Origin: Gallionellales bacterium UBA7399
GTDB lineage: Bacteria > Pseudomonadota > Gammaproteobacteria > Burkholderiales > Gallionellaceae
Direction of reading: 5' to 3'
DNA: 52,547 nt
NCBI GenBank assembly: GCA_002470125.1
Contig: DKNB01000059.1
Span: forward strand, 1 to 52,547
Within the stretch, counting starts at the first letter, position 1. Every line of letters begins with the position of its first letter. The notes under the pieces are model-generated. The model did not search any database, was not told the origin of the DNA, and saw only the letters and a list, made by a program, of their open reading frames with translations. The position numbers and the translations under genes are program-made. Positions 41,783 through 51,950 of this stretch are shown here, piece by piece.

Positions 41783-41986
41783 TTAACCACCACCGACTGC
41801 AACCACAATTTCCAGTTGATCGCCATCTGATAGTAGCTGTTGATTGAATTGGCTGCGTGGCACAATAACGCCATTATGTTCTAGCGCAATACGCTGGCCA
41901 GCCAGTTGTAGCCGCTCGAGAAGTGTGAAAACACTGATGGAGTTGTCCAATTGTCGCGTTTCGCCGTTAACTAGAATTGCAATCAC
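41783..41986 (-). CDS. thiS: Sulfur carrier protein
   Basis: 67 aa, VNGE, IVPRS, C-terminal GG; upstream of thiG. Confidence 0.94.
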   Translation of the reverse strand: MIAILVNGETRQLDNSISVFTLLERLQLAGQRIALEHNGVIVPRSQFNQQLLSDGDQLEIVVAVGGG

Positions 41987-42081
41987 TTTTTTTGGTCATT
42001 GTTTCAATGGTGAGTCTCATGTTGTATATGAGATATACGCATAATGGTAACATTCAAATTCTGTGCGAGCGAAAAGTATTT

Positions 42082-42155
42082 GTGGGCGTCGTATAGTGGC
42101 AATACCCTAGCTTCCCAAGCTAGAGCCGCGGGTTCGATTCCCGCCGCCCACTCCG
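42082..42155 (+). tRNA. tRNA-Gly(CCC), atypical (U2-A71, 3' end CCG)
   Basis: Acceptor GTGGGCG/CGCCCAC, D arm GTAT/ATAC, anticodon arm CTAGC-TTCCCAA-GCTAG, T arm GCGGG-TTCGATT-CCCGC, discriminator T. Confidence 0.9.
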
Positions 42156-42206
42156 CTAAAATATGTCTAGCACTAGCCCTGATTGTCTAACTATCGGTGT
42201 AGCCAC

Positions 42207-42965
42207 ATGTCTGATTTTTTTTTACTTAAGGCGATTGGGAAATTAATCATATTGCCCCCCGTGGGGCTGCTACTGATAGTATTGGGTGGCTTATTTTTGG
42301 TGGGGAGGCATCCGCGAACAGGCAGAGCGATCGCGACTATTGCTGTCGTTTATTTGCTGGCGTTATCTACCCCCATTGTTTCGTATAAGCTATCGCAGCT
42401 TCTCGATACAGCGCCCCCGCTTGATCTCAATAAGGCCGTTGACGCACAGGCTATCGTAATTCTTGGAGGTGGAGTTCGTCGGCATGCCGTGGAGTATGGC
42501 GGAGATACATTAAGCGGATCCACTCTCGAGCGTGTTCGCTATGGTGCAGGAATTGCCAAGCATACTGGGTTGCCGGTACTTGTCGCTGGCGGTTCCACCC
42601 TAGGGGGTGAGGCAGAGGCACGGCTAATGCGAAAGTCCCTGGAGAGTGAGTTTGGTGTTAGGGTACGCTGGAGTGAGGATCAATCCAAAAATACACACGA
42701 CAGCGCAAAATTTTCTGCTGCAATCCTGGCGCAGGATAAAATCAATCGTGTCGCCCTAGTCACACATGGCGCCCACATGCCACGAGCGACAATGGAGTTT
42801 GTTGCGTCTGGATTGTCGGTGATTGCGGCCCCTACCGAGATACCAAGTGGTGACTTGGAGTGGCCATTGGATTACCTTCCTAGTGTTTCTGGATTGCAAG
42901 GAAGTTACATTGTTTGCCACGAGCTCCTTGCGAAGCTTGTTACCCGAGTGCGATCGATTTGGTAG
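42207..42965 (+). CDS. YdcF/DUF218 (ElyC/SanA-like) membrane protein
   Basis: Two N-terminal TM helices, AIVILGGG, GEAEA, LVT..HMPRA, HE near C-terminus. Confidence 0.85.
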   Translation: MSDFFLLKAIGKLIILPPVGLLLIVLGGLFLVGRHPRTGRAIATIAVVYLLALSTPIVSYKLSQLLDTAPPLDLNKAVDAQAIVILGGGVRRHAVEYGGDTLSGSTLERVRYGAGIAKHTGLPVLVAGGSTLGGEAEARLMRKSLESEFGVRVRWSEDQSKNTHDSAKFSAAILAQDKINRVALVTHGAHMPRATMEFVASGLSVIAAPTEIPSGDLEWPLDYLPSVSGLQGSYIVCHELLAKLVTRVRSIW

Positions 42966-43022
42966 GGCGATTACGCTGCAACCGATGGCCTACTTGACTG
43001 TTACCATGTAATGCCGAATGCA

Positions 43023-44246
43023 TTATGGCTTTGGCGCAAGACCGTTCTCTGCGTCTTTGGGCAGCAAAACCCATAGGCGCCCCTGCTGTTTCATTTTGCC
43101 CGCCTGCGCCCCAGCGGATTCGCCAAATCCCCAGAACACGTCTGCGCGCACCGCCCCCTTGATGGCGCCACCAGTGTCTTGCGCTAACATCAGGCGATCG
43201 AGGGGCACGTTGTTGTTTGGATAGGTTGTGGCGAGAAATACTGGTGCACCCAGTGGGATGGTGCGCGGATCGACGGCAATACTGTACTCGCTAGTGAGTG
43301 GCACGCCAAGGGCACCCAAGGGTGCCGAAAGTGTGTCGGGTAGCTCACGCAAGAACACGTAGCTTGGGTTTTGATTTAGCAGGGAACTCGTTTGATCCAC
43401 ATGCTTTTCTGCCCACCGCTTAATGCCTTGCATGGAGGCTTCTTCAAGCTTAAGCTCGCCCATCTCAACCAGTTTTTTACCAATAGATATGTAGGGGTGG
43501 CCATTTTGATCGGCATACCCAACCTTTATTTGCTTGCCATTGGGCAGCTCAATGCGCCCAGACCCCTGCACCTGCAAGAAAAACAATTCAATCGGATTTT
43601 CTACCCAAAACAGTTCGCCCCCCGTTGCTGCCCCAGCCCCAGCCTCAATCTCTGCACGACTATAGTAGGGCACGATACGCTTACCTTGCATGCGACCGCG
43701 TAACCGAAGCTCCTTGAGCTGTGGGTAAGTTTCGCTGAGGTCTATTGTGAGCAGGTCATTCGGTGCCGCATAAACAGGATACTTAAACTGCGATGTTTTA
43801 AGGCGGCTGCCTTTGAGTAATGGCTCATAGTAGCCGGTGATCATCCCACGCTCGCTGCCGTCTGTATTTAACACCTGATATGGGGTAAACCACCTCTCAT
43901 AAAATGCGTGCAGTGCGGCATTGTCTTGGGTGTTTAATGTCTCAGCCTTGGCGCATGTGTTTTGCCAGAGTGGTCGGCTCTTTAGTACCCGACAGCTTTG
44001 CAAAAATGCAAGCTGGGACTGCCCAAGGTCGGTGACCCCCCAATGGGGTAGGGTCTCCCACTTGCTTGCAACAAGCTGCGGAGTTGGCAATGCAGCTACG
44101 GGCTCCTGAGTCACCTTGGGAAGGCTTGTGGCCGGCCGAGGGAGCGGGGCGGTGGATGGCTTTGGTAGGGTAGAGCAGGCGGCAAGCAATAGGCTCAGTA
44201 ATAAGGTCAACCACTGTTTTTTTGACTGTGTGCCGTGATTTGTCAT
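43023..44246 (-). CDS. mltA: Membrane-bound lytic murein transglycosylase A
   Basis: Lipobox LLAA-C, ITGYYEP, QVQGSG, AVDP, catalytic QDTGGAIKG, RADVFWG. Confidence 0.94.
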   Translation of the reverse strand: MTNHGTQSKKQWLTLLLSLLLAACSTLPKPSTAPLPRPATSLPKVTQEPVAALPTPQLVASKWETLPHWGVTDLGQSQLAFLQSCRVLKSRPLWQNTCAKAETLNTQDNAALHAFYERWFTPYQVLNTDGSERGMITGYYEPLLKGSRLKTSQFKYPVYAAPNDLLTIDLSETYPQLKELRLRGRMQGKRIVPYYSRAEIEAGAGAATGGELFWVENPIELFFLQVQGSGRIELPNGKQIKVGYADQNGHPYISIGKKLVEMGELKLEEASMQGIKRWAEKHVDQTSSLLNQNPSYVFLRELPDTLSAPLGALGVPLTSEYSIAVDPRTIPLGAPVFLATTYPNNNVPLDRLMLAQDTGGAIKGAVRADVFWGFGESAGAQAGKMKQQGRLWVLLPKDAENGLAPKP

Positions 44247-44343
44247 GTGTGGCTACCCTTGTTAAATTTTAGACTGTCGTGTTGTGGGCGCACTTTCCGA
44301 TGTAACCGGAGAGATACCTGGCCCAGTATTATGAATGAGGCAC

Positions 44344-45225
44344 CTATGGTAAGGATGCCGGCAGGTGGAACAGCTGATCGAGCGCAATCCCCAAAAATAC
44401 TGTAGCGCCAAACCAGGTGTTGTGTATAAAAGCCTTGAAACAGGCCTCGCGTTGACGCCCTCTAATTAGAGTGTAGTGATAAGTGGCGATGCTTGCCGCG
44501 CAACATAGGGCGACATAGTAAACGAAGCCGAACCCCAAGCTCCAACCGATTGCGAAGAGCGTAATCAGAGTCATGGCATAGCAGGCCATTATCGCGGCCA
44601 CGTCATACCTTCCAAAAAATAGTGCTGAGGAGTGGATGCCTATGCGCACATCGTCATCTCGATCCACCATCGCGTATGCGGTGTCATAGGCAATCGCCCA
44701 AAATATGTTGGCAAACAACAGCCACCAGGCCACAGCGGGAACACTCTCGAGTTGTGCCGCAAATGTCATTGGAATACCAAACCCGAATGCGATGCCAAGG
44801 TAGGCCTGCGGGATGGCTAAGTAACGCTTGGTGTAGGGGTAGCTCACGGCAAGTAACAGCGCGGGAACAGATAGCAGTACCGTCAATCTATTGAGCGATA
44901 GAGCCAACATAAAGGCGAGTACAAACAGGCTGGACGCTAACCACAGCGCCTCTCTTGGTGCCACCTCACCGCTGGTGAGGGGGCGATCTCTGGTGCGCTT
45001 GACCTGTCTATCAAAGTCGCGATCGGCATAATCGTTGACGACACAGCCTGCAGAGCGCATTAGTACGGTACCAAGTAAAAAAATAAAGACAATATGGTAG
45101 GGTGGGTGACCGCTCCCAGCGATCCAGGTCCCCCAGAGAGTGGGCCACAATAGCAGCAGGATGCCGATGGGACGATCGAGCCTTGTTAGGCGGATATAGA
45201 CATGAATGCGCTCGCTTAGATTCAT
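44344..45225 (-). CDS. ubiA: 4-hydroxybenzoate polyprenyltransferase
   Basis: RLDRPIG, NDYADRDFD, YDTAYAMVDRDDD. Confidence 0.96.
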   Translation of the reverse strand: MNLSERIHVYIRLTRLDRPIGILLLLWPTLWGTWIAGSGHPPYHIVFIFLLGTVLMRSAGCVVNDYADRDFDRQVKRTRDRPLTSGEVAPREALWLASSLFVLAFMLALSLNRLTVLLSVPALLLAVSYPYTKRYLAIPQAYLGIAFGFGIPMTFAAQLESVPAVAWWLLFANIFWAIAYDTAYAMVDRDDDVRIGIHSSALFFGRYDVAAIMACYAMTLITLFAIGWSLGFGFVYYVALCCAASIATYHYTLIRGRQREACFKAFIHNTWFGATVFLGIALDQLFHLPASLP

Positions 45226-45839
45226 CGCTGTAGTGTAAGGATGTCAGGTAGAAATATCTCTGTTACCAGCAGGGGGGCATTACGTAAAAAAAACAGGGAG
45301 CGCCGCGCCCACAGCCTCTCTGGGCGTGTATTGAGCACAATGGCGGCTCGCCTATGTAGTGGGTGACTGGGTCTGAGTGTGCAGAAGTGTGGCGCCGAGC
45401 GCCTTACCAGTGGATGGGAAAATAGCAGTGTGCCTAGGGAGCGATTCCCGAGCCTGCGAAGCGCGTGCCATGCGCCACTTAAGTGCAGTGGCGCAACCAC
45501 GCTGTGTGCGTACACAACGGGCTTGTCATCAGCATACAGGAGCACCTCGCGTGTATATATTTTTTGCTGGCTGGGCAGCCCAAGTAGTGCCGTCTCGTCA
45601 TGTGTGGCGATCGCCAGGTGACTGCGTATGTTACGCACACTGAAGCTACCACAGCGTTGTTGAATGCGTAGTGTGAGCGATTCGCCAGTCCGAAGCCATG
45701 GCGCGTAGCTATTATCTGCTGTGGGCGTGCGTGCGTGCCAAGACCCCATTTTCTGAGATGCTGTGCTCACGCTCCTGATGCTCACCCTCCGGCCAATCAG
45801 AGATGGACGCGCGGCGTGTATTAGCTCAGTATCAGGCAT
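45222..45839 (-). CDS. ubiC: Chorismate-pyruvate lyase
   Basis: SLT.RI, REVLL, LGTLLF, WARRS, LLVTEIFLP; adjacent to ubiA; start uncertain. Confidence 0.9.
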   Translation of the reverse strand: MPDTELIHAARPSLIGRRVSIRSVSTASQKMGSWHARTPTADNSYAPWLRTGESLTLRIQQRCGSFSVRNIRSHLAIATHDETALLGLPSQQKIYTREVLLYADDKPVVYAHSVVAPLHLSGAWHALRRLGNRSLGTLLFSHPLVRRSAPHFCTLRPSHPLHRRAAIVLNTRPERLWARRSLFFLRNAPLLVTEIFLPDILTLQR

Positions 45840-47856
45840 GCAAATAATCCTGTTTTTGCGCTATCCAGCGCTCTAGGTGTGCATGAGCCTCTTGCTGAAA
45901 ATTTGACAGCATTTCATCAGCGATAGCGTGTGCACGGTCAAGCAGGTCAACGTCTTCATTGAGATTGGCAAAGCGCAAGATGGGGGTGCCACTTTGGCGT
46001 GCGCCCAATAGTTCACCCGGGCCACGCAGATTAAAGTCTTGTTGGGCGATCTCAAAGCCGTCGGTATTTTCGTAGATTATTTTTAGGCGCGCACGTGCCA
46101 AGCTTGAAAGGGGTTCCTGGAATAATAGTATGCACAGGCTTTTTGCTGTTCCGCGTCCAACGCGCCCACGTAATTGATGTAGTTGAGCCAGTCCCATCCG
46201 TTCGGCATGCTCAATGACCATCATCCCGGCATTTGGTATGTCTACGCCGACCTCGACCACCGTGGTTGCCACCAAAAGATGAGTCTCGCCCACCTTGAAT
46301 GCAGCCATGGCCTGCGCCTTGTCGGCATTGCCTAGCTTGCCGTGCACCAATCCGATGCACAGGTCGGGCAGCGCCTGCGTCAGCCTTTGGTGGGTTTCAA
46401 GCACCGTCTGTAATTCCAGTGTATCGGATTCGTCAATCAGGGGACATACCCAGTAAGCCTGCTGACCTGCAAGGCATGCATGGCGGACTCGCGCGATCAC
46501 CTCTTCACGCCGAGAGTCGCTGATGAGCTTGGTAATAATGGGCGTGCGCCCCGGAGGTAACTCATTAATCACGGATACATCAAGATCAGCATAGTGACCC
46601 ATCGCTAGGGTGCGCGGGATCGGTGTGGCGCTTAGCATTAGCTGGTGCGGATCATCTCCTTTGTTACGCAAGGTCAGGCGCTGCTGTACGCCGAATTTGT
46701 GTTGCTCGTCTACGATCACCAATCCAAGCTTTGAGAAGATAACCTGATCTTGAAATAGTGCATGCGTTCCGATAATAAGCTGCGCCTCTCCTTGTGCGAT
46801 CTGTTCTATAGCTAGTCTTTTACTGTTTTTATTTAGGCTACCAGAGAGCCATGTCGGACTAATGTTGAGCGGCTCTAGCCAGTCATGTAGTTTGCGGTAG
46901 TGCTGTTCGGCGAGTATCTCCGTTGGTGACATGAGCGCGACCTGGTAGCCATTCTCTATCGCCTGCAAGGCGGCCAATAGTGCAACTATTGTTTTACCGC
47001 TACCAACGTCTCCCTGCAAGAGACGGTGCATTGGATGCGCTTGCTGAAGATCTCGACCAATTTCTAGCGAGGTCTTTTGTTGCGCGGCCGTGAGACTAAA
47101 GGGCAGCGCTTCTAATAGTTGCCGTGTGAGGTGATTGTGCACCGGCAGGGGTGGGGCAGTTCGATTTTTTCGTCTGTGGTAGTGCGTTCTCATGGACAGC
47201 TGCTGGGCTAGCAGCTCATCAAACTTTATGCGTAACCAAGCGGGATGAGTTCGCTGAAGCAAGGTGGCCAAGTCAGTTTGAGGTGAGGGGTTGTGCAGCA
47301 ATCGTATGCTATCTGCGAAGCCAGAAAGCTTCAGGCGTTCGAGTAAAGCCACCGGCAGTGTTTCTGGCATCGTTAGCTCGCATAAGGCGGCCTGGATGTG
47401 TTTCCTTAGTGCGACCTGAGATAGACCAGCGGTCGTTGGATAAACGGGCGTGAATGCCTCTTTTAGTGGCGCGTCATCACGAGTGATGTGACATCTTGGA
47501 TGTACCATCTCTGCACCTAGGTGGCTGATGCGTACCTCGCCCATGGCGCGAATTTTTTTGCCCACCTCGAGTTGCTTCTGCTGGCTCGGATAAAAATTTA
47601 TAAATCGCAGTGTCAGCACGCCGCTACTGTCTTTTAGGTGGCAGACAAGATGACGGCGTGGGCGAAACACAATTTCGCTGTGGGTGATCTCCCCCTCTAC
47701 CTGCGCGCAATCTCCATGCGAGAGTGTAGAAATTTTTGTTATTTTTGTTTCGTCCTCGTAGCGTAATGGCAAGTGCAAAACCAAATCGAATCGATTAAAA
47801 ATACCAATTCTTGCAAGTTTCGTCGACGTTATTTTTGAGGTGCTGGTGGGGGGCAT
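45832..47856 (-). CDS. recG: ATP-dependent DNA helicase RecG
   Basis: HLPLRYED, QGDVGSGKT, DEQH, SATPIPR, QLRGRVGRG, RGPGE; ATG at 47856. Confidence 0.97.
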   Translation of the reverse strand: MPPTSTSKITSTKLARIGIFNRFDLVLHLPLRYEDETKITKISTLSHGDCAQVEGEITHSEIVFRPRRHLVCHLKDSSGVLTLRFINFYPSQQKQLEVGKKIRAMGEVRISHLGAEMVHPRCHITRDDAPLKEAFTPVYPTTAGLSQVALRKHIQAALCELTMPETLPVALLERLKLSGFADSIRLLHNPSPQTDLATLLQRTHPAWLRIKFDELLAQQLSMRTHYHRRKNRTAPPLPVHNHLTRQLLEALPFSLTAAQQKTSLEIGRDLQQAHPMHRLLQGDVGSGKTIVALLAALQAIENGYQVALMSPTEILAEQHYRKLHDWLEPLNISPTWLSGSLNKNSKRLAIEQIAQGEAQLIIGTHALFQDQVIFSKLGLVIVDEQHKFGVQQRLTLRNKGDDPHQLMLSATPIPRTLAMGHYADLDVSVINELPPGRTPIITKLISDSRREEVIARVRHACLAGQQAYWVCPLIDESDTLELQTVLETHQRLTQALPDLCIGLVHGKLGNADKAQAMAAFKVGETHLLVATTVVEVGVDIPNAGMMVIEHAERMGLAQLHQLRGRVGRGTAKSLCILLFQEPLSSLARARLKIIYENTDGFEIAQQDFNLRGPGELLGARQSGTPILRFANLNEDVDLLDRAHAIADEMLSNFQQEAHAHLERWIAQKQDYLHA

Positions 47857-47887
47857 TTTGAGGCAGCGAAAATCAAGGTAAATTAAG

Positions 47888-48274
47888 TTAGTCCTGTGTG
47901 TGCAGTATGCCATCCATTTCAACTAATGCACCACGTGGTAGTGCTGCTACGCCGACTACGGCACGTGCCGGGTAGGGCGGATGGAAGTGGGTGGCCATTA
48001 TCTCATTTACTTTGGTGAAATCATGCATGTCTGTGAGGTATATGTTGAGCTTTACTAAGTCTTCGAGACTGCTACCAGCAGCATTGGCTACCGCACGGAG
48101 ATTTTCGAATACGCGCTGAATCTGTGCCTCTATGCCGTCTGCCATATCCATGGTGCTGGGATCTAGTCCAATCTGACCAGAAAGGTATATCGTGTTACCC
48201 ACAACAATGGCTTGAGAGTAGATTCCAATGGCGGCTGGGGCATGAGAGGTTTGAATAACTTTTTTAGTGGGCAT
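47888..48274 (-). CDS. ridA: RidA-family reactive intermediate deaminase
   Basis: APAAIG.YSQA, SGQIG, YPARA; RBS AGGAG. Confidence 0.92.
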   Translation of the reverse strand: MPTKKVIQTSHAPAAIGIYSQAIVVGNTIYLSGQIGLDPSTMDMADGIEAQIQRVFENLRAVANAAGSSLEDLVKLNIYLTDMHDFTKVNEIMATHFHPPYPARAVVGVAALPRGALVEMDGILHTQD

Positions 48275-48291
48275 TGCGAGCTCCTGTGTTC

Positions 48292-48305
48292 TTGAATTAA
48301 TTCAA
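48292..48305. promoter_or_regulatory. Perfect 14-bp palindrome TTGAATTAATTCAA, candidate operator
   Basis: Exact dyad 18-31 bp upstream of the ridA start. Confidence 0.35.
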
Positions 48306-48661
48306 TCGGGTGAAAGTATAGTGTGAGACTTGTTGAGCCTTGGTAAGGAGGGCATTCTGTACAATGCGGTATCCGTTTGCATCTGGCCTTGGTGTCATAC
48401 TTAAGCCACATTGAAGGTGGTAGTACGGCTGCATTAAATTTAACCTAGGCCTTGGGGTGGATACTACGCAGGGTGCGAAAGTAATGCAACGATAGGTGGT
48501 CATGCATGTTGAATTTAACTGATGGGCGGGCGCATAAGATGCGCGAATCGTTTACGGGGGGTGAGTGTATATTGACGACTTAGGCTTAAGCAGTTTTTTT
48601 GAGGTGTGCTCATGTAGTAATAAGACACTACAGCAATCTGTCATTATAAATAGCGGTCACA

Positions 48662-49684
48662 ATGAAACTTATTTTAGGCATTGAAAGCTCCTGTGATGAA
48701 ACTGGAGTTGCGATATATCACGTTGAGCGTGGTCTTTTGGCTCATGCGCTACATACTCAGGTAGCCATGCACAATGAGTACGGTGGCGTGGTGCCAGAGC
48801 TGGCCTCACGTGACCACATTCGTCGCGTACTTCCTTTGGTATGCGAGGTGATAACCAAGGCTGACTGCAATTTGCGTGATTTAGATGTTATCGCATATAC
48901 CCAAGGCCCTGGCTTATCTGGTGCATTGCTGGTGGGTGCAGGCACCGCCTGTTCATTGGCGTATGCACTAAATATCCCTGCCATGGGTATTCATCACCTA
49001 GAAGGACACCTGCTATCACCATTGCTGGCCGACCCCGCATTGAGATTCCCGTTTGTTGCGTTACTGGTGTCTGGTGGACATACTCAGCTTATGCGTGTGG
49101 ATGATGTTGGCCAGTATGTTCTATTAGGAGAGACGCTTGATGATGCGGCCGGAGAGGCCTTCGATAAAAGTGCCAAACTTCTTGGTCTACCCTACCCCGG
49201 TGGCCAGGAGTTATCCAGGCTGGCCAATTCTGGCCGATCTGGACACTTTAACTTGCCGCGCCCGATGCAACACAGTGGCGACCTAAATTTTAGTTTTAGT
49301 GGGCTCAAGACTGCCGTGCTTACTTTGACTCGTCAACACATGCTGGATGAGCAAACTCGTGCCGATATTGCGCATGCAACACAAGAGGCAATCGTGGGGG
49401 TGCTGGTCACAAAATCATTGGCCGCGCTAAAGAAGACGGGCCTCAATCAAATTGTGGTTGCTGGCGGGGTTGGTGCGAATCAGCGCCTTCGTGCGCAACT
49501 GAACGAAGCGGCAAAGGCATATAACTTCCGCGTATCCTACCCCGAGCTTGAGTTTTGTACTGACAATGGCGCAATGATCGCTTTTGCAGCTGCGCTGCGT
49601 CTACAGAAACAGGAAGCGAAAGGCGATTACAACTTTAGCGTTAGACCACGCTGGGATCTGGAAAAAATAAATTACTCTGATTGA
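48662..49684 (+). CDS. tsaD: tRNA threonylcarbamoyltransferase
   Basis: [38 protein letters not shown]. Confidence 0.97.
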   Translation: MKLILGIESSCDETGVAIYHVERGLLAHALHTQVAMHNEYGGVVPELASRDHIRRVLPLVCEVITKADCNLRDLDVIAYTQGPGLSGALLVGAGTACSLAYALNIPAMGIHHLEGHLLSPLLADPALRFPFVALLVSGGHTQLMRVDDVGQYVLLGETLDDAAGEAFDKSAKLLGLPYPGGQELSRLANSGRSGHFNLPRPMQHSGDLNFSFSGLKTAVLTLTRQHMLDEQTRADIAHATQEAIVGVLVTKSLAALKKTGLNQIVVAGGVGANQRLRAQLNEAAKAYNFRVSYPELEFCTDNGAMIAFAAALRLQKQEAKGDYNFSVRPRWDLEKINYSD

Positions 49685-50286
49685 CCTGGAATTTTTTGCA
49701 TAAGGCGAGCTTCCTTACCCGCCATTATGTTTCGAATGTTGCTCTTGTGGCGCCAAATTAACAGCAATGACATGCCCACCAGCATTGGTAGATACTCAGA
49801 TGGCATGGCCAGCCCAATGGCATAGATGGGTGCGCTTAATGCCGCTAGCAATGCTGCCAATGAAGAGAGGCGAGAAATAAGTGCAACCAGCACCCAGGTC
49901 ATCAAGGCCGCCAAGCCCAACCATATATTAAGCGCCATTAATATTCCTAGGGCGGTAGCCACACCCTTACCCCCCCTGAAGTGCATAAAAATAGGAAAAA
50001 GATGACCAATAAATACTGCGAATGCTACTGCCGCAATGAGTAATGGATTGCTGCCTGTGAGCGCAAGGTTCTGTGCTAACCACACCGCCACCCAGCCTTT
50101 CGCTGCGTCCCCTGTTAGGGTTAGTAGCGCAGCCCATTTGTTGCCACTACGTAGTACGTTTGTTGCACCCGGGTTTTGCGAGCCATAAGTTCGTGGATCT
50201 GGTAGTGCAAATAATTTGCTTGTCACCAGTGCAAAAGATATTGATCCTATAAGATAAGCGCACAGTACAAAAAATAAACTCATCAT
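49672..50286 (-). CDS. plsY: Glycerol-3-phosphate acyltransferase
   Basis: [28 protein letters not shown]. Confidence 0.96.
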   Translation of the reverse strand: MMSLFFVLCAYLIGSISFALVTSKLFALPDPRTYGSQNPGATNVLRSGNKWAALLTLTGDAAKGWVAVWLAQNLALTGSNPLLIAAVAFAVFIGHLFPIFMHFRGGKGVATALGILMALNIWLGLAALMTWVLVALISRLSSLAALLAALSAPIYAIGLAMPSEYLPMLVGMSLLLIWRHKSNIRNIMAGKEARLMQKIPGQSE

Positions 50287-50372
50287 TCCGGATACCTTAA
50301 AAAGATGCTAGTGGTAAACTTCTTTTAAATTGGCCAAGGTAGGCAAGTGGTAACTTATTAAATTATACCCCC

Positions 50373-50729
50373 ATGGATATTATATTTGTACGTGAGCTTA
50401 GAGTTGAGACATTCATTGGTGTGTACGAGTGGGAGAAGAGAATTCCACAAACGATACAACTGGATATGGAGATTGCTTTGCCAGATACCGCCGCCTGTCA
50501 AAGTGACGATATACGGGATACACTGGATTACGCTGATGTCGTGCGCCACATTCAGGGCTCACTAAGTGAGCAGAGATTTAATTTGCTGGAAGTCTTGGCT
50601 GAGCATGTGGCGCAGATCCTGATCGCTCGCTTTAATGTGCCGTGGGTAAAGATTAGTGTCGCCAAGCTGAGTGCCATTCGCGACAACCGAATGGTGGGTG
50701 TCAGCATTGAGCGTGGACGGATAAAGTGA
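50373..50729 (+). CDS. folB: Dihydroneopterin aldolase
   Basis: MDIIF, IGVYEWE, TLDY, LLE.LAE, VGVSIER; divergent from plsY. Confidence 0.95.
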   Translation: MDIIFVRELRVETFIGVYEWEKRIPQTIQLDMEIALPDTAACQSDDIRDTLDYADVVRHIQGSLSEQRFNLLEVLAEHVAQILIARFNVPWVKISVAKLSAIRDNRMVGVSIERGRIK

Positions 50730-50750
50730 GTTGGTGGGTGGTTGTGTGAC

Positions 50751-51950
50751 CTAGCTTATAGTTACTTTTCCAAATTTGCGCTTACCAACTTGAGCTACCA
50801 CCACTTGACCGGCCTGAAGCTCTAAGGATTTATCGCTCACTTTTTCGCCGTCGAGTTTTACGGCTCCCTGTGTGATCATGCGCAAGGCCTCAGATGTGCT
50901 GGCCACCAACCCTGCTTGCTTGAGCAATTGAGCAATCCCAATGCTCCCCTCGTTAGCGAAGACCGAGACCTCCGGTAAATCCTCCGGCAGAACGCCCTGC
51001 TGGAAGCGGGCTTCGAATTCAGCTAGCGCCTCCTCGGCTTTCTTTTGAGTATGGAAGCGAGTAACTATTTCTTGTGCCAAGAGCACCTTGATGTCGCGTG
51101 GATTGCGTTCATTCTCCACTTCCACGCGCCATTGTGCGATGGTCTTGATGGATTTAAATGATAGCAACTCCAGGTAACGCCACATTAGGTGGTCTGAGAT
51201 GGACATCAGCTTTCCAAACATTTCTTGGGGTGTATCAGTAATGCCAATGTAGTTATTGAGAGATTTGGACATTTTGTTTACCCCGTCCAATCCCAGCAAT
51301 AGTGGCATGGTGAGCACGCACTGTGGGGGCTGCCCGTTATGTTTTTGTAGTTCACGCCCCATGAGCAGATTAAATTTTTGGTCAGAACCACCCAGCTCTA
51401 GGTCCGCCTTGAGCACCACCGAGTCGTGACCCTGCACTAGCGGGTAAATAAATTCATGAATCGCGATGGGCTGATTATTTTTGTAGCGTTTGCTGAAGTC
51501 ATCGCGCTCCAGCATTCGCGCGACAGTATGCGTGGCCGCTAACTTAATTAGGTCTGCCGCACTAAGCTTGTCCATCCAGGTGGAGTTGAAAACAACTTCA
51601 GTCTTATCTGGGTCCAGCACCTTAAATACCTGCTCGCGGTAGCTCTCCGCATTTTCAAGCACTTGTTGACGTGACAGAGGTGGCCGAGTTGCATTTTTCC
51701 CGGTTGGGTCACCTATCATGCCCGTAAAATCGCCAATTAAGAACAGCGCATGGTGACCGAGGTCCTGTAGCTGCCGAAGCTTGTTGAGTAATACGGTGTG
51801 CCCCAAATGTAGATCTGGCGCAGTTGGGTCAAATCCGGCCTTGACTCGCAGGGGGCGACCCAGCGCGATTTTATGGCTCATTTCGGCAGCTACAAGCAAT
51901 TCGTCACAACCACGTCTGATTATGTCTAGCGTCTCTTGTGAGTTTGTCAT
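50751..51950 (-). CDS. tyrS: Tyrosine--tRNA ligase
   Basis: [26 protein letters not shown]-terminal S4 domain VGKRKF. Confidence 0.97.
   Translation of the reverse strand: MTNSQETLDIIRRGCDELLVAAEMSHKIALGRPLRVKAGFDPTAPDLHLGHTVLLNKLRQLQDLGHHALFLIGDFTGMIGDPTGKNATRPPLSRQQVLENAESYREQVFKVLDPDKTEVVFNSTWMDKLSAADLIKLAATHTVARMLERDDFSKRYKNNQPIAIHEFIYPLVQGHDSVVLKADLELGGSDQKFNLLMGRELQKHNGQPPQCVLTMPLLLGLDGVNKMSKSLNNYIGITDTPQEMFGKLMSISDHLMWRYLELLSFKSIKTIAQWRVEVENERNPRDIKVLLAQEIVTRFHTQKKAEEALAEFEARFQQGVLPEDLPEVSVFANEGSIGIAQLLKQAGLVASTSEALRMITQGAVKLDGEKVSDKSLELQAGQVVVAQVGKRKFGKVTIS

Noticed and set aside
41987-42081. TPP riboswitch upstream of thiS-thiG
   Set aside because: The spacer is only 95 bp, AT-rich, shared with tRNA-Gly, and lacks the aptamer core motifs.
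786-47922. Long N-terminal extensions in the ORF track for rlmH, hemC, rfbD, lptD, pdxA, hemW, thiG and recG
   Set aside because: Artefacts of taking the first start codon; family N-termini match downstream starts, and most extensions overlap neighbouring genes.
48297-48503. MTTYRCITF... ORF as rubredoxin or a glyoxalase relic
   Set aside because: No CxxC pairs and only vague resemblance; not supportable by eye.
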